This document shows positions 39,595-54,020 of a stretch of 64,000 nucleotides of DNA, piece by piece. The notes under the pieces are model-generated. The model did no database searches and was not told the origin of the DNA. It saw only the letters and a list, made by a program, of their open reading frames with translations. The translations under genes and the position numbers were made by a program. This stretch comes from Paramecium tetraurelia (lineage: Eukaryota): positions 62,001 through 126,000 of the forward strand of contig CT867995.1 of NCBI GenBank assembly GCA_000165425.1, given 5' to 3'. Within the stretch, counting starts at the first letter, position 1, and every line of letters starts with the position of its first letter.

Positions 39595-42247
39595 ATGGAT
39601 AAAAAGACTAAATATAAGTTATTAGGACTGACAGCTCTTGTAGGATTGACAAGTTATTTCTATATATAAAAAGAAAGGAACAAGCCAATAAATTAAAAGA
39701 TGGCCTAAAATTTTAAAGGATTGCAAAAGAAAATTGATTCTTACTTCTCAGGGAAATCTGCAGAAGAAGTATTCTATATGATTATTTGAGATGATATAAT
39801 TAGTTAGGGATAATGATGAATTTGTGGAAATGCTTTAAAAGGAGGCAGGGAAATACATCGATTTATAAAAAATAGATGAGGAAATATCGAAAATTGATTT
39901 TATTAGATAATTATCAACCATAAATTAATAAATAAATTAATTATTAGAAATAAGATTAGTTGTTTAATACATCTCAAAGTAAGGAATAAATTAATAATAG
40001 AAATTCATTACAATTAGTTTAAGAATAAATCATTGAAAAACTAGCATCATAGAGAGTGACTATAATGCAATCTAATACTTAATTTGGAGAGGCTACAATT
40101 AATTTTGTAAATTATGTTTAATGTTCTTTCTTATAATTAATCTCTGAGTTAGAAAAAGTATTGTAGGATTTATAAAGCCCTCAAAGAATAGTTGCTGTAA
40201 ACTTTTACTTCATGTGCATTTTGGATTACTTTAATAACATATTGACTAAATATCCAAATTTCAGAAATTTGATAGCAATCGTACTCTTAGAAAAAATAGG
40301 ATAAAATTAATTTGGCTTTGATTTTTAACATGATTGCAGGGATTTATATTACGCAAATACAGTATAGACATGCTAGAAACTCAACGCTTGTGATTGTTGT
40401 ATATTTGATTTGCTATGCAGATACATATCTATATTTTAATCCCCTGTATAACAGAAGTTTTTTGAATTCATGAAATGTAATCAATTGTTTTAGACTCATG
40501 AGCATTTGATGCAAATGGGATAAATATTATTCAAGAATACATTCTATTTAGGAGGATAGTTGGGCGAAGATTCTCTTCATTTCCTTGACACTTTTTCTCC
40601 TTTATTTGGTCTCCTAATAGAAGCAACATCTAATAAAAGTATATAAGAAGGGTTATTGAAATGTGAGGAATTTGGAATTGTTATTTAATATCTTGAAAAA
40701 GTGATAAACAATCATGAAAATCAATTTTTGAATAGATTGTTAGCAAGCTTGATTGATGTTTATTCAATCATATATCCTCTTTTTTATAATGAAAGTGCAT
40801 TAAAATAAATTGCGAATGATGAAGAAAAAATGAAATAAATTTTGAGTACATTTTTCGGGGCTTTATTGAACTTAGAGAGTAGAGAAATGTTTGATTCAAA
40901 TAAATGTATTACAAATATATGAAATTAGAAAATGAAATTAGTATTTTGGATTGGTTTGCTTTGAATATGGGAACAATATTCACTTAGTAATTACTTGGAA
41001 ATATCTCAGTTGAATTCATTCAATAATTACTTAAACAGAAAGAGATTGAAAAGGGAATCTTATTTACCTATATGTATTGTCTAAGAGTCTCCCAAAATAA
41101 ACGAATTAAGGATAGATAATAAAAAAAGAGAAATGTTGACATCAATTCTTTCATCACCAAATTAATCAGTTTGATTGTAATTTCATAATTAAAGGATGAT
41201 TTTAGTAACAAGAATATGGATTTAATTACAAATAATCTAGGTTTTGTAGATGCAGATGAAAGATCTAATATATTCTTAAATATCCTAAGAATTCAATTTG
41301 AAATCCCATCCATGAATGTGAATTATCTTAAATATGTCTCTGCGAAGTGTCAACAACTATCTTAGGAAACATATCATTCTTTTAGTGGATTCTATACCAA
41401 TGTTTTAAACCCAACGACCCTTTCATTTGATCAATATATGATTTCGATGCAATTAGGGGTTATCTACGGAAAAGTTGACTCCTTTTTGGCTTAAATTGGA
41501 TAGGGTTTCTTGAGAGATCTCCAATAATTCGAATAATATAAAGACTTTTTACAGAGAGATGTAAGTATATCATATATCATTGTTAGCTGATTCTTATAGT
41601 GGATTTAATGGAAAATCCATACTATTTTGCTAATGTACTCATCCATAATAATAACTGCCCTCAAGATATTTATAAATAATTACTAGTAAAAGTTGCAATT
41701 TCTATTTGGCAATTGAATCCTAAACTAACATTTTCACAATTACAGCAACAAATGTCTTTGTTTATAAAGGTTGAAGTGTTGCCCCAATACATATAAGATT
41801 TATTTATTTTAAATAAGGACTATACGATTAAATTAAAAGAGCAATAATAGGAAGTATGGCCATTCCAGTGTTTATAAAGGGATTGTTCCTCAGTTCAAAT
41901 TTATCTGAATTTAGTTAAAGATGAAGTCTTATTTAATGAAGTATAAGATTTTCTTAATTTATCAGTTGTTGTAAGACTTAGAGAGTTTTGAATTCCTGAC
42001 CAGAATTCAAGAAATCATGTTCAAAAGCCCAAATTTTATTCAAATAATTTATCAATTGCTCTTGTGTGTGCATAGATTGGAGTTAAAGATTTGGATTGGG
42101 AAGATATTATTTTATGCCAAGAAATTTAGTAATACTAATAAAGAATGCGATACTCTATTGAAATCTAAAGAGTGTCAGTCCTTTATTTTGGAAATGCCTA
42201 GTAATTTTAGAACTTATATGCTATTTGATAAGAATGCTATTTAATGA
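39595..42247 (+). CDS. Large alpha-helical protein with N-terminal signal-anchor
   Basis: MDKKTKYKLLGLTALVGLTSYFYIQKERNK..., long table-6 frame with tiny introns, TGA 42245-42247. Confidence 0.7.
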
Positions 42248-42327
42248 GAGTTAATTATAGATTGTTGAAAATTATAAAGAAAAGAATTTTTATTTTAATT
42301 GATTTTATGATATGTATTAATTTTAAT

Positions 42328-44248
42328 ATGAACGAATTCCCTGATTAAATAGATATTTCAAAATTGAGAATCGATTTAGGCGAGCAATGGAACGAAACCG
42401 AGCTGGAGGTCTTTCTTAAAAGTAGATATCCATTCATTAATATAATAAAGTCTTTAGGCAACAGCAATTAGCGGGAGTTGGAAGGATGTAGGAAATATTA
42501 AAGCAACTTGGATATCAGAGAACAATCACGAATTTGTTGTCAATTTATAAAAAAGTAAAGAAATCTATGAGGAGTAGAATAAAAACTTCCTGGAATCCAA
42601 TCAAAATTGTACAGCTCACGATTTGTATTTGATTTTATAAGATCATTATGAATAAAGCGAGATAATCAATTACGACAGAGCTTTGATTAAAAAAATCAAG
42701 AAAAATTAGAATTGTAATATATTAAATCTAAAACAAGGTCGTAAGTCGATTCCTCAAAAATTTGAAGTCATTAAAAATGAAATCGATTTGACTTATTATT
42801 TTACAGAAACTCAATGCAATACCAATAGATGCATGAACAGAGGCTAAGAAATTAGTTAGAACGTATGTATTTCAGAGATTTCTAGTTCTGCAAGTGGATT
42901 CAACATGAATATTTCTATTCTCATTTAGATTATACTTATTTTAGCCTAAATGAATTTCAGCAGATGCTGAACAAGGCTAATGTGCAATTGGGTAAGAAAT
43001 CCATATCAGAATGGAGATAGATAAAAATGGTATCAAATTTATATAAACAAATAGGCAATAGGATAACCAAGAAGATTCTCATTTTATTTTTTATAATAGG
43101 AGATGAGCAAATTGGCCAAGTACCGATCAGTGATACGGAATTACTTGTTTGATCAAAACTACCCAGTTCACAGGGATATAAAAAATTTAGATTTAATTCG
43201 AGACATAGTAAGACTTGCCCCCTTCAGCAATGGACAAGTTGTATACGCCATTCATCCAGAGTGTAAACATGTGCATCCAGGATAAATAGTGTCCACTAAC
43301 CTACCTAGCATTACGATTAAATTCATGTAATCTGAATTGGGAGTCCACAAGATTTTTGATTAGAATATCCAGCTGTAAATATCCTAAATTATATGAACAA
43401 AAGGGAGGAGAAGTTTCTAAACAAATAGTTGAGTGATGAGCGATTTGATATGTAATAGTAAATGAGTTTGAATCTCTCTAATGAAAATAAGAATACTTTG
43501 ATTTCAAGTATCGTATAAGAATTTGATTACTTTGCTGCCTCCTTTATGATCAGGATTCTCTAAAGGTAATAAACATTATAATCTATAAGGAAATATGCTC
43601 TGGTGGGTTATTTGAAGTAACTAAATTAAAGATTGGAATAGGATCCAGCCCTTAAAAATGATCCAGACTTTAAAGCTCAATATGGATGGACATTCTAGCA
43701 AATAAGAAATTTTGATTCAGCCTCTAAACATGTTATGACTAAATTCAGAATGAGAGGTTTGAATGGCTACTGTATTTATATTTTAATGATCACTATGCTA
43801 GCTCTTAAATAGGTGAACAACAATCTTGATAAGGTGTTGAGCATGCCATTAGCCTATATGGAGAGAGAACTAGATCAAAATAATACTCGAGTTGAAGAGG
43901 AGAAGAAAAATTAGGAGATCAAATAAATTATACATAAATAATAGGATGTATGAAAATATTGTGTTACTTTTTAGGAAAAGATTAATTCACAATTGAATCA
44001 ATTACTGAATTCAAAGTTTTAATTCCTAGAGAATGATCAATGTACATGATTCATAATAATTAGCATATAAATCATTGATTTCCTCATTGTTTGGTTTGCT
44101 ATTCACATTAAATAATAATTCGGATTTGAATATGAACACGAACATCTATTGGTAGACTCTAAAATAAAACATAAAAGATTCACATCCTGAATAATTTTAA
44201 GAAATTCAAGATTCCATACTAAAAATAGTTGGTAATTAAAGTAAATGA
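42328..44248 (+). CDS. LIN9: LIN-9 / ALWAYS EARLY homologue (MuvB/DREAM subunit)
   Basis: N-terminal LGEQWNETELEVF (SANT-like), DIRP domain (WIQHEYFYSHLD..NEF..EWRQIK..GQPRRFS..EMSKLAKYR), Tudor-like PFSNGQVVYAIHP. Confidence 0.85.
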
Positions 44249-44271
44249 ATATAAATTTTTATAATTGAATT

Positions 44272-44994
44272 TCAGATTTCAAAGTGAGTAATTTAATTTT
44301 TAATGCAAATTGGTTTCAATTTTAAATGGCTTAAGTATGGCCTTACATCAGGTTTAGTTTTCCTCTAAGTGAGTGGACTCTTAGCTAAAACTTTATTGGT
44401 TATTTATGATTCTTAATCTTTATGACTTTAATGAACAGTAATTAAATTAAGTTAGAATTATCTATTCCTCTTAGTCTGCTATATTGTCTGGTTTTAGAGA
44501 TAGTATTTTAATTTGGTCTGGGCACCCTATTTAGGTTTAATGGGACTCAGTCTGGTCGGAGTCAAGTTGTAAACTTGGGAGAGTTGAGTTTCTCCATAAG
44601 TATTCATTCTCGAATGATGTCTCTAAAATAATACAGATGGCCTACGAGATGTGTTACTTCAAGGGTATATAATAGAAAATTACATTAATTTCACCGATTA
44701 ACAAATAGAGGTAGTCTTAATGTAGATATTGTTTTATCGAATTGACGCATTGTTATTGAGCTACTTAAATTGAAAATTGCTTAGTTGGCCGCATTCGTTG
44801 CAATAGCAACTCTTTCTTCTTAACTAAGTAAATTTTGTTTATACGAATTCATCTTCATTTTGATTGCGATTTTTATTTTTCAGACTGCTTCTCTTGTATT
44901 TATGAAGAGAATAGATAATTGAGTTAGATCCAGTAAGAATAGTACGAGTTACAGAATTCCGAGAATTAGATTGAGTTGTATTTGATATTAGCAT
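44272..44994 (-). CDS. Low-complexity protein with RRKSCYCNECGQ motif
   Basis: Open table-6 frame of 240 aa from ATG 44992-44994. Confidence 0.7.
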
Positions 44995-45107
44995 AATAAT
45001 GTTTAATTTTAATTATTACTTTAATGTCAAAAACTACAACATACTGAATTCAAATTTAGAGTAATGATTATACTAACTATTTTATCAAAAAAAGAATTAA
45101 ATAGTTA

Positions 45108-45841
45108 TCAGAATTGAACTACTGTTTACAAGGTTTTGTGTTATTTTGTTCTGTGAAATAATTATAATTATGAACTTTGTTTTGGTTATTAATCTAATTT
45201 TAAGGGTTTTAATAATTAGCAATCAAGTTTTCTATAATTCAAATATGAATATAATTATGGCAAACTTTTTTGCTATTTCAAGTGCTTTGGGGAGCAACCA
45301 GGAGTGAGTTGATTCAGTTAATAAACTTTTATCTATTACTGCTATTGTTTATGGAAATAAGAATGTAATTTTGTCATTGATCCTTAGATCACCCTCATTG
45401 TGAAAGGAGTCTTATTAGCTTCTGTAAGTTGATTCAACCTACTTTCATCGTATGTGTTTATTTTCTTGAGTTACTATCTGTTCCTCTAAACTGACTTAGG
45501 CTAAGCAGATGATCTGTCAATATAAACAAAAAATACACTTGTTGATTTGAAGTCCTTCTTGTGAATATGGATCTCCTATAAGGTTTGGGTCCTTTAATAT
45601 TCATGCATTTATATTCAAAAGTTCCCAATTATCCACATTCATTGCAGCAACAACTTTTTCTCCTCAAAGTCTATTTGTTCGTTTTTGGCTGCAGAATACA
45701 ACTGTGAAATTGACTCCTTGACTTTTTCCTTTTTTAAATAGGGAATTGAGTTTTCATAAGATTTTAGTGTCTGAATGTAGTAGATTGAGCAGTTAGATTG
45801 TGTTCAAACTACTTTAGTATTTCAAGTGGTAATTTATTCAT
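45108..45841 (-). CDS. Low-complexity protein with RRKSCCCNECGQ motif (paralogue of neighbour)
   Basis: ATG 45839-45841, one 23-nt intron, TGA 45108-45110. Confidence 0.7.
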
Positions 45842-46593
45842 GTTATTAAAAATATTGTACAATATCTTTGTAATTGAAAGATTAAATAACAACCCGTTAT
45901 TAATATTAGATTAATATAAAATTATAAATATCAAACGATTATTTTAATCAGAATTAATTGATTCACTAACATTTTATAAAACAAAATCAATAAGCCTCTC
46001 ATTTACATATAATCCTTTAAAAGGAATAATTAATATAAAATTTTGTTAAATTATTGTCAAAATAGTCTAATTATAATTTGATATTGAACTAAATAATTGG
46101 AAATTTTAGTTATAATGTTCTTGAAATTATAATAATAGCAATTTGATTTTAATTTAAACAGGTTTAACTAAGTAAACAGTACATTTTTAGATGTTTCAAC
46201 GAATTGATTTAGAAAACTCAATAGCTTCAATTTTATCTATTAATATATCTTCGAATACATATAGTAATTATCTTTTTTAATTAATTTAGAGATCAACCGC
46301 AAATTATAATCCATTATATGTACTTCATAAATTAACCACTTATGATAGTTGAATTAAGACTATTAATTATTCCTTTTAGGTTGTTATTACATTTATTGTA
46401 TTTTTAATTAAGAAAAGAGAAAGTGAATTAGCATTAAGAAAATTTATTCCATTAACAGTTTAAACTTCAATTTTCTGCCAAGAATATTAGGAAAATGAAT
46501 TTATTTGATTTTGTATTGAGATTTAGATTTAGATCATCCATTGAACATTTTTATATTATTTATAATTATTTATTAAATATACGTTTTTGTTGT

Positions 46594-48420
46594 ATGAATT
46601 AAGAGGTTTTGAAGCAGATCAGATAGCATTTCCCAATGATTGACAATATTGTTTTTCGAAATATTCTGTCTCAATAGAAAGACTAAAACCTATTGATTAC
46701 ATTAGTTTATATATTGAAGAGAGTCAGGGAGATTGTGGGCCATATGGAAGACGTCACCAAGTTTGCTTTGTCATTATGGGAGAAGGAGGAGATTTAGATT
46801 TCAAAAGAATGTACTGATAAATTGTTTATGATTATAGTGCATGATGAGATAATATTGAATTTGGTTGAATCAAAATTTTATTACTAAGCACTTCTGGCAA
46901 ATAAGAATAGTCAATTTTTGAGTAAGATTGGAGTTAAACATTAGATAAAAACAAGATTTACGCTGAAGTTTCAGAATTGTCAGAGCAGAGTAAGAGAGTG
47001 AATGACATATTGATCCAAAACTTTAGCGTATAGAGACCCTATCAATTATTCGTTGAAGAGCAGCAAGAATTGTAATCAAAGAAAACTGCTTAGACTCCAA
47101 AAATACCATAAGTCTAAAAGGGATAGAAATTATGTTCTCTAACCTTGAATGTTTAGGATCGAGATCAGGTAGATAAATTGTATAGAAATAACAAACAATA
47201 TTTGCAATAGTTGGGGATTAAGATGGAATATCCAAAAAACACAACAGCAACATAAACAGAACAAGTTGATGGATTGATACCTCTGAGTAGCAAAAAGAAT
47301 AAGAATCAGCAGAAGGATCAAAGCAAAGAGATGAAGTTCTATGAATATTAACTAGAAATGGGACAATGTACTCAATATTTGCCCACCTATGATACAGTAG
47401 AACAATTGACGTAAGATATAAAATTATTTGTTGCTGAAATCGATTAATACAATAAGAAGAATAGGAACGCATTCTAAAAGCTTATTGATGAAATATCCGG
47501 GGTTGTAAGTGCCACTTATGCAGGTGCCCAAATAGATGTGTATGGTTCCTATGCAACAGAGTTATGTTTGCCACACTCAGACATAGATCTGGTCATTAAG
47601 ATATCTAACTAACATGAAAAGTTTGTGACTGATATTTTGTAAAGAATCGAAGTCGAATTAAAGAAATGCAAATTTATAGAAGAAACTAAATGTGTCACAT
47701 AATCAACAACTCCTGTACTTAGAGCAAAATGCAATAAATAGTATATGAATAAGAGACTCGATATTTCAATTTAAGAGACCAAGCATAATGGTTTGCAATG
47801 TGTTTAGTTGATTCGTAAGTATATCAAAAATTATGAACCCCTCAAACCGTTGACTCTAATTATGAAACAGTTTCTCCATAAGAGTGATCTCTCAGATACT
47901 TACAGTGGTGGATTAAGTTCATATGGATTGATATTGATGATTGTATCGTTTCTACAGAGCTACCAAAACCAGGATAAGAATTGGCCAACCATAGGTACAT
48001 TACTAATTGAATTCTTGAATGTATATGGATGTGAATTGGATTATGCAGGGAAAACAATCTGTCCAGATCAACCTGAGGTGTTTGAATAGGAAACTACGAT
48101 AATTTTTGATCCTCACAATTTCGCTTATTGTCAATAACAAAGTTTGGTCATTATTGATCCACTCAATCCCTAAAATAATGTTGGGCGTCCATCTTATAAT
48201 GTTGCGAAGCTCAAAGTAAATCATCTTTCTCTCCATTTAGCTTGCGTTCACAGTAGCATTTTCTAAATTGCTAACCTTTGACTCTTCTAACCAACAATAC
48301 CCACTCAAGTTTTTTTTCAATTCGGCTCAAAATATACAGTGTTCCCTTCATTCTGTGCTTGTCAATCAATACAAAGCTTATGCGGATCAGATCATGTTTG
48401 GAACATCTACACGCTATTGA
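46594..48420 (+). CDS. Trf4/PAPD5-like non-canonical poly(A) polymerase / nucleotidyltransferase
   Basis: VYGSYATELCLPHSDIDLVI, RLDIS, YSGGLSSYGLILM, IIDPLNPQNNVGRPSYN. Confidence 0.9.
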
Positions 48421-48510
48421 GTATATAAAATAAAAATCTAGTTAAGGTTTCATCAAACATATTCGACAATTCTACTATATATCCAATTATTATGCAATTT
48501 ATTATTTTAT

Positions 48511-50137
48511 ATGAATTGGGATTTTATAAATAGAAAGCTAAAGGAATTCTTTGAACAACGTCGATAACAATCTATAGATAAGATATTTACACTCAATACT
48601 GTCACTGATTAGAACGTCCCCAAGAAATAATTCCTTGAATTGGAAACTTAAGTTACGGAAGATCCAAAAATGACCTAAATGCAACAGACTATTCCACCCA
48701 CATTATCAACACCTAAGAAAACAAAGCCCAATCCGAAATCCTTCAGCTAAATCTCACATCTATTCTCTCCTCATGGACCTGCCAGATCTACTGCTTCCAT
48801 GTAAATGAGGTAAATTGTAGCAAGCACTCTAAAGAACGAATGTAACAGTTACAACAGTGTTCGAACTAAGGATATCAAAAAAGTATAAGACTTAGTTGGT
48901 TAAAGTAGTAAAACTTCCAATAAGCCTAATTTCAGAAAGCTAAGAAAATAATAAACTGTCGTTTCTCAAAAAATACTAAGAGAATTTGACAATTAATTTG
49001 ATCAAGAACCAAACTTCAATATTAAATAATCAGATTCACTTAAATGCTTTATTACTTAAACAAAAAACATCAATACCTTAGCCATGCGAGCCCAATTAAA
49101 GATGAAATCCTACGGGAATATCAGATAACTCAATCAACCAAGTCCCACCATTGACAATTTCACAAAAATGAACTTTGGAAAGAGCACTGATCCAAGAGTA
49201 GGCTTGGATCGCTTTCTTAGCAATAAGTGGTTATAATTTGTGATTGAATAGAAATCTATGAGGAAGGATGATTAATTTAACGAATATCTCAAATCATATA
49301 CTGAATCCCCCCAAAAAGTATTGAACATTCAGAAACTCAAGTAAAAACAGGAAGTTAGGTAGCAATTTAATAAAGAATTGCCACTTTAACATTTCAAACC
49401 TCATAGACATACACCATTATCAGCAAAAAATAAATAGGTTAAGAGAGAAACCTAAGGCTTAGTAAAATCATATTCCTAAACTGTTTTCGATATCGAGAAA
49501 AGAAAGGATGATGAGGAATTGATTGAATTCTATCCTATTTATTATGACAAAAAAGTAAAAAGGAGAAGAATCATTAGGAAATTAAAAGTATTGGCTAAAA
49601 TTGCAGTCATCAAATAGATGTTTGTTCATTAAGTATAATTAATTATTTATACTATTTTAGTTGTTAGAATAATAATAATAACTAGTCCCATACTAATCCC
49701 CAGGCTCAGTGGCTTTTCTAAGATTTGTTAAGTACAACAATATTCATGCTGCTAAATAAATGCTGGATTAAGAGAAAAAACTGATTGGTTCATTTGATGA
49801 ATTAGGCCAATATGCTATACATCTTGCTGCCATGATCTAATCAACCGAAATGCTTAAGTTACTACTGTGCTATGGGGCAGATGTAAACTCTAATGATTTC
49901 TTTCTTCAAAAACCCTTATATTTTGCTCTAATAACCAATAACTTGGAAATTGCTAAAATACTTCTTGCATGCAGAGCCACTCCTTGGGATCAAAATTTAA
50001 GAGATTACTTTGGATGCTGCAGAAGTCAGGAGGCAAAAGATTTAATTAAATTAGCATAATATTTGAAAATATATAATCGCGACCCAGAGTGCTTACTAAA
50101 TATCGACAATATTAAATAACAATTGAGCTTATATTGA
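48511..50137 (+). CDS. Protein with low-complexity N-terminus and C-terminal ankyrin repeats
   Basis: DELGQYAIHLAAM..MLKLLLCYGADVN..QKPLYFAL..NLEIAKILL; TGA 50135-50137. Confidence 0.8.
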
Positions 50138-50313
50138 TTAATAATATATGATGTGTATTGGGCTTAAACATATGGATTATATAAATATTTAAAGGAGAAA
50201 ATAAAATATAATTTATTTTGATATTTTATGTTTAGTTCACCAATTAAATTAAAAAATGATTTTTCAAATCAAATATGTCTTTATTAATTTAAATATCATT
50301 AATAATAATATTA

Positions 50314-52047
50314 TCAATTTACTAAGATAGATCTAGATGTTAATCTTATTTTTTTATCCCAACTTCCACTTATTATCAATTATCTACTAGAAAGATATTC
50401 AATACTACTAATTTAATTAGTATGTCTTTTAAAAATAAAAACTTATCTACCCTTATCAATATCCCAACATCTGATTGTCTAATCAGCTCCACCAGACCAT
50501 AGTTGATTATTTTCACTATCAAAAGTCAGACAAGTAACATAATCTTAGTGGCCAACAAATATATATAATTTCTAAGCTCTATCCAGATTCCACAAAATGA
50601 TTTTTTAATCCTATCCTCCAGATGAGATCAATGAAATATACTCTCCATTGACAACTTCCTTTAAGTACTTCACACATAGAACATTTCCTGTATGTCCTTC
50701 TAATTTATCTCTACAGTATCCATTTATCATATTAAACACACTTAGGATACCCTCTCCTCCACTCACAATTAATCCTTTAGATTATACATAACATATAGCG
50801 AAGACTTTTTGATGATCTTAAATGTTTAATTTCATTTTAGGTCTTTTGAGAGACCAAATTTTGATTGTGTGATCCAAACTACCTGAAGCCAATTAGTCCG
50901 AGTCTTATAAATGTATCAGAGCTTAGACTGGTTTTTCATGTCCAACAAGTACATATTCACATATCTTTCTTTAATAATTCCACATGCGAACAGTTTAATC
51001 AGAACTTGCACTACAAAAATTTGTATCGTTTATTTTTATTAATGCCAACACATCCCCTTTGTGGTCATTCAATTTAGTTTAAGTTAACGCATTATCAATA
51101 TAAAAGATTCTTATAGTTCCTCCTGCACTCCCTGATAAAATTGAAGTATTAGAAAAAGCACAAATACATAAAATAATATCAGTGTGCCCAGTAAGTACTG
51201 TATTGATAGATTTTTGTTAAAGAAATCTTGATCCGCTCAATTCAACCATGCTATCATTATAGAATGCCTACTAATCGCTTGTTCTATCAGATTATTATTT
51301 TTAAGGAAATAACTGAGATGCATTTTTCTTAAGATCTATTTTTGGAATTAAAGGGGATATGATCCGATTTTACTTAGGATTTAGCTTTGGTGTTTATGCT
51401 TGGAGTGTTTCACCAGTAAAAAGTAAATTGGTCAATTAAAAACTTTTAGAAATGTTATTATTTAATATTGAATGAAAGTTTTCAGTTTTCATGATTAGTT
51501 AATTGTTTGATATTTGCTGAACAAACATTTACACTTATTGGTTCAGCTTTGGCAGAATAATATCAAACATTTTCTCTTGTTATTGGATCAACTACGTGAA
51601 TTAAAACTCATTTATTGGTCTACCTGTCTATGGGGTGAAAATATTGGAATGTTCAGAGATGGTGTTGAATAAAGCAGTAATATCATTTTCAAACTATTTA
51701 TAATAAACAGTGGTATAATCTATTGCTGATGAACAGAAATTATTGATTTCAAGATCAAGTTTAGCCTTAAGTAAATCTGAAAGCTTAATGATCTGTTTTT
51801 TTAGTGAATCTTTGTTCAATGTAATTTGGAGTTACGCAGAACTTAATTGAGAGCTAAGGAGAATTAGATTTTATTAAATGGATTTGGGTATTTAGTTAAT
51901 TTAAGAATCAAGGTCATTTAGAGATTGAATCATTTAGAAATGTTGAGGATCATGTTTTTACATACATTGATTGCATAGAAATTTCTTATTGCATCCTTTT
52001 ACCCAACAAAGAAGTGTGTAGGGGGTATTGTGCTCAAAACAATTCAT
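50314..52047 (-). CDS. B-box zinc finger + coiled coil + 7-bladed WD40 protein (~577 aa)
   Basis: MNCFEHNTPYTLLCWVKGCNKKFLCNQCMQKHDPQH; WD repeats such as GHTDIIL.., GHEKPVQAL..SGSLDHTIKIW and GHQDYVTCL..SGGADQTIRCWD. Confidence 0.85.
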
Positions 52048-52388
52048 AAATAATAATTGTTTTACAGTTATATAAAATCAAACATTATTTATGTTTATAG
52101 AATGCATGATTAAGTCAGTGTAATTCTTAACTAATACCCTATAGTTTTACAATTAATTTTAGATAAAATGAATATCTCAATCCAAAAGACTTAGATTGCT
52201 ATACTATTTTTGTTAAATTTAATACTTAATAGATAATTTATAGTAAAGATGAATTTAGGAGAAATGAGGAATTATCAATTTTCTATCTTTCATTTTAACA
52301 CAATTATTTATTCTATTACATTTCTTAATATTAATAATTAAGTTTTTTCTCAAAGTGATATTTATTATTTAACATTTAGATAATACAT

Positions 52389-54020
52389 TCATTTATATTT
52401 TGAAATGATATCAAACTTTGAACTAGTTTCAAGCATTTTAGATCTGAGATTCACCATTTATTCATTTGAATTATCTACTTCTTTTTGTTTATTTTATATC
52501 ATTTGAATCTCCAAATTGCATCTCATGCATATTCTTTTCTTGTCTTCACTTTTATAATATATTCATTTTTATACATTTAAATGCAGTTTTAATGATATTG
52601 ATGTCCACATATGAAATGAAAAGATGGATTAACCAAGGCATTATCACATGCTGTACACTTTCCGAATGAAAATATCTATGCTTGAGTCTTTAATTATTAA
52701 AATTCTGTTCTAGTCTCACTTGTTTATTGCATGTTTTCTTTTATCACATTCAAATTATCTTTAATTTCTGTATAATCTCTTTGTAATTATTACTTTAAGA
52801 AATCTCTCATTTGACCAAACTTCACATTACTGTTTTCCTTCATAATGTCTAAGATCAAAAACGAAGAAATAGACTCCAATTTACTCAATTCCTTCAGTAT
52901 ATTTGGAATATAATGAGTAGCCTTGTTTTCTGGTTTAGCAAAATACTTCAATGCTAAAACCCATAAGTTTTACTCTTATTCGCCATACTCAGTACATAAG
53001 TTTAATATTTCTTCATTATCCTTCTTTGTAATATAAAAATTCAAGAGTTCCTCTCTCATTTAGAGTTTCTTCAATAAACATATGATTCCTTCTGTAAAAT
53101 TGTAAATTTTGAATTGCACCAACAAGTGATTTTTATCATATTTTGATTCATTCTTATCGTCCAACAGTAAACTCATAATTCTTTTTTCACTTTCCTTTAC
53201 TTCTTCCTTTCTTTCGAATCTCTCCAAATGATAACTAAAATATCTATGAAATATGGCCATTTCATTAGGTAGATTCTTGCATTCTTCTATAAGAAATCTT
53301 AAATATCGTTCTAAATAACTATTATATCCTCCAAATATGTGTAAAAATTCATCAGGCTTGCAAAATGTAATTGAATAAATATTTGCTAATTGATCATTAT
53401 TCAAATTGAAGTACTTCCAAACTTTCTATTGTTCTTAAGTTAACCTGTCTAATGAATCAATACCCTTTCTTGATTCAAATTGCTTTTTTAGGTTCTATAC
53501 AATATTGATTAACAAGATTAAATTCTAGATTACTTCTAAAGTAAATTAAGGTTCACTCCTCATTAACTCAAGACCAAATTCCTTCAAATAAGTAGCCTAG
53601 ACTATATGAAAATCTGTGAATTACTTTCTCTTCTAATATTATTGTGTCTCTAATATATTCTAGTGCAGCTCCGCATTCAGCTTTGTCAAATATATATATT
53701 TGGAGACAGGCCTGGTAGATGTTTTTCTTCGATGCCATTTTTAATGCAATATCAAGATAATTGGATGATCGACATTCTCTTATTGCTGTTTCAATATCAA
53801 ATAGTTCACTTTCGAACCCATACTTCTCTATTTTCTCTATAAAATTGTCGAATTGCCTTAATTTAATGTAGCAATTTAGTAATAAGGCTGTGTGATGTTT
53901 TTCCACCTTAGTTTATTAGTGCAGTTTTTCTAAGTACTAAACTAATTGTTCAATATTTGATATATCAAGAAAATGCGTGGCTATAGCTTAAGTGGGTTCT
54001 AAACTATCAATTTTTTACAT
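52389..54020 (-). CDS. VPS11: Vps11 homologue, C-terminal half only (CHCR/alpha-solenoid + RING-H2)
   Basis: LEPTQAIATHFLDISNIEQLVQYLEKLH..HHTALLLNCYIKL, FDIETAIRECR, RING CTACDNALVNPSFHFICGHQYHQNC..CMRC. Confidence 0.85.

Noticed and set aside
45850..46590. Very AT-rich tract as candidate retained IES or transposon relic
   Set aside because: TA-bounded IESs cannot be distinguished from AT background without a MAC/MIC comparison; no TIRs or transposase motifs seen.
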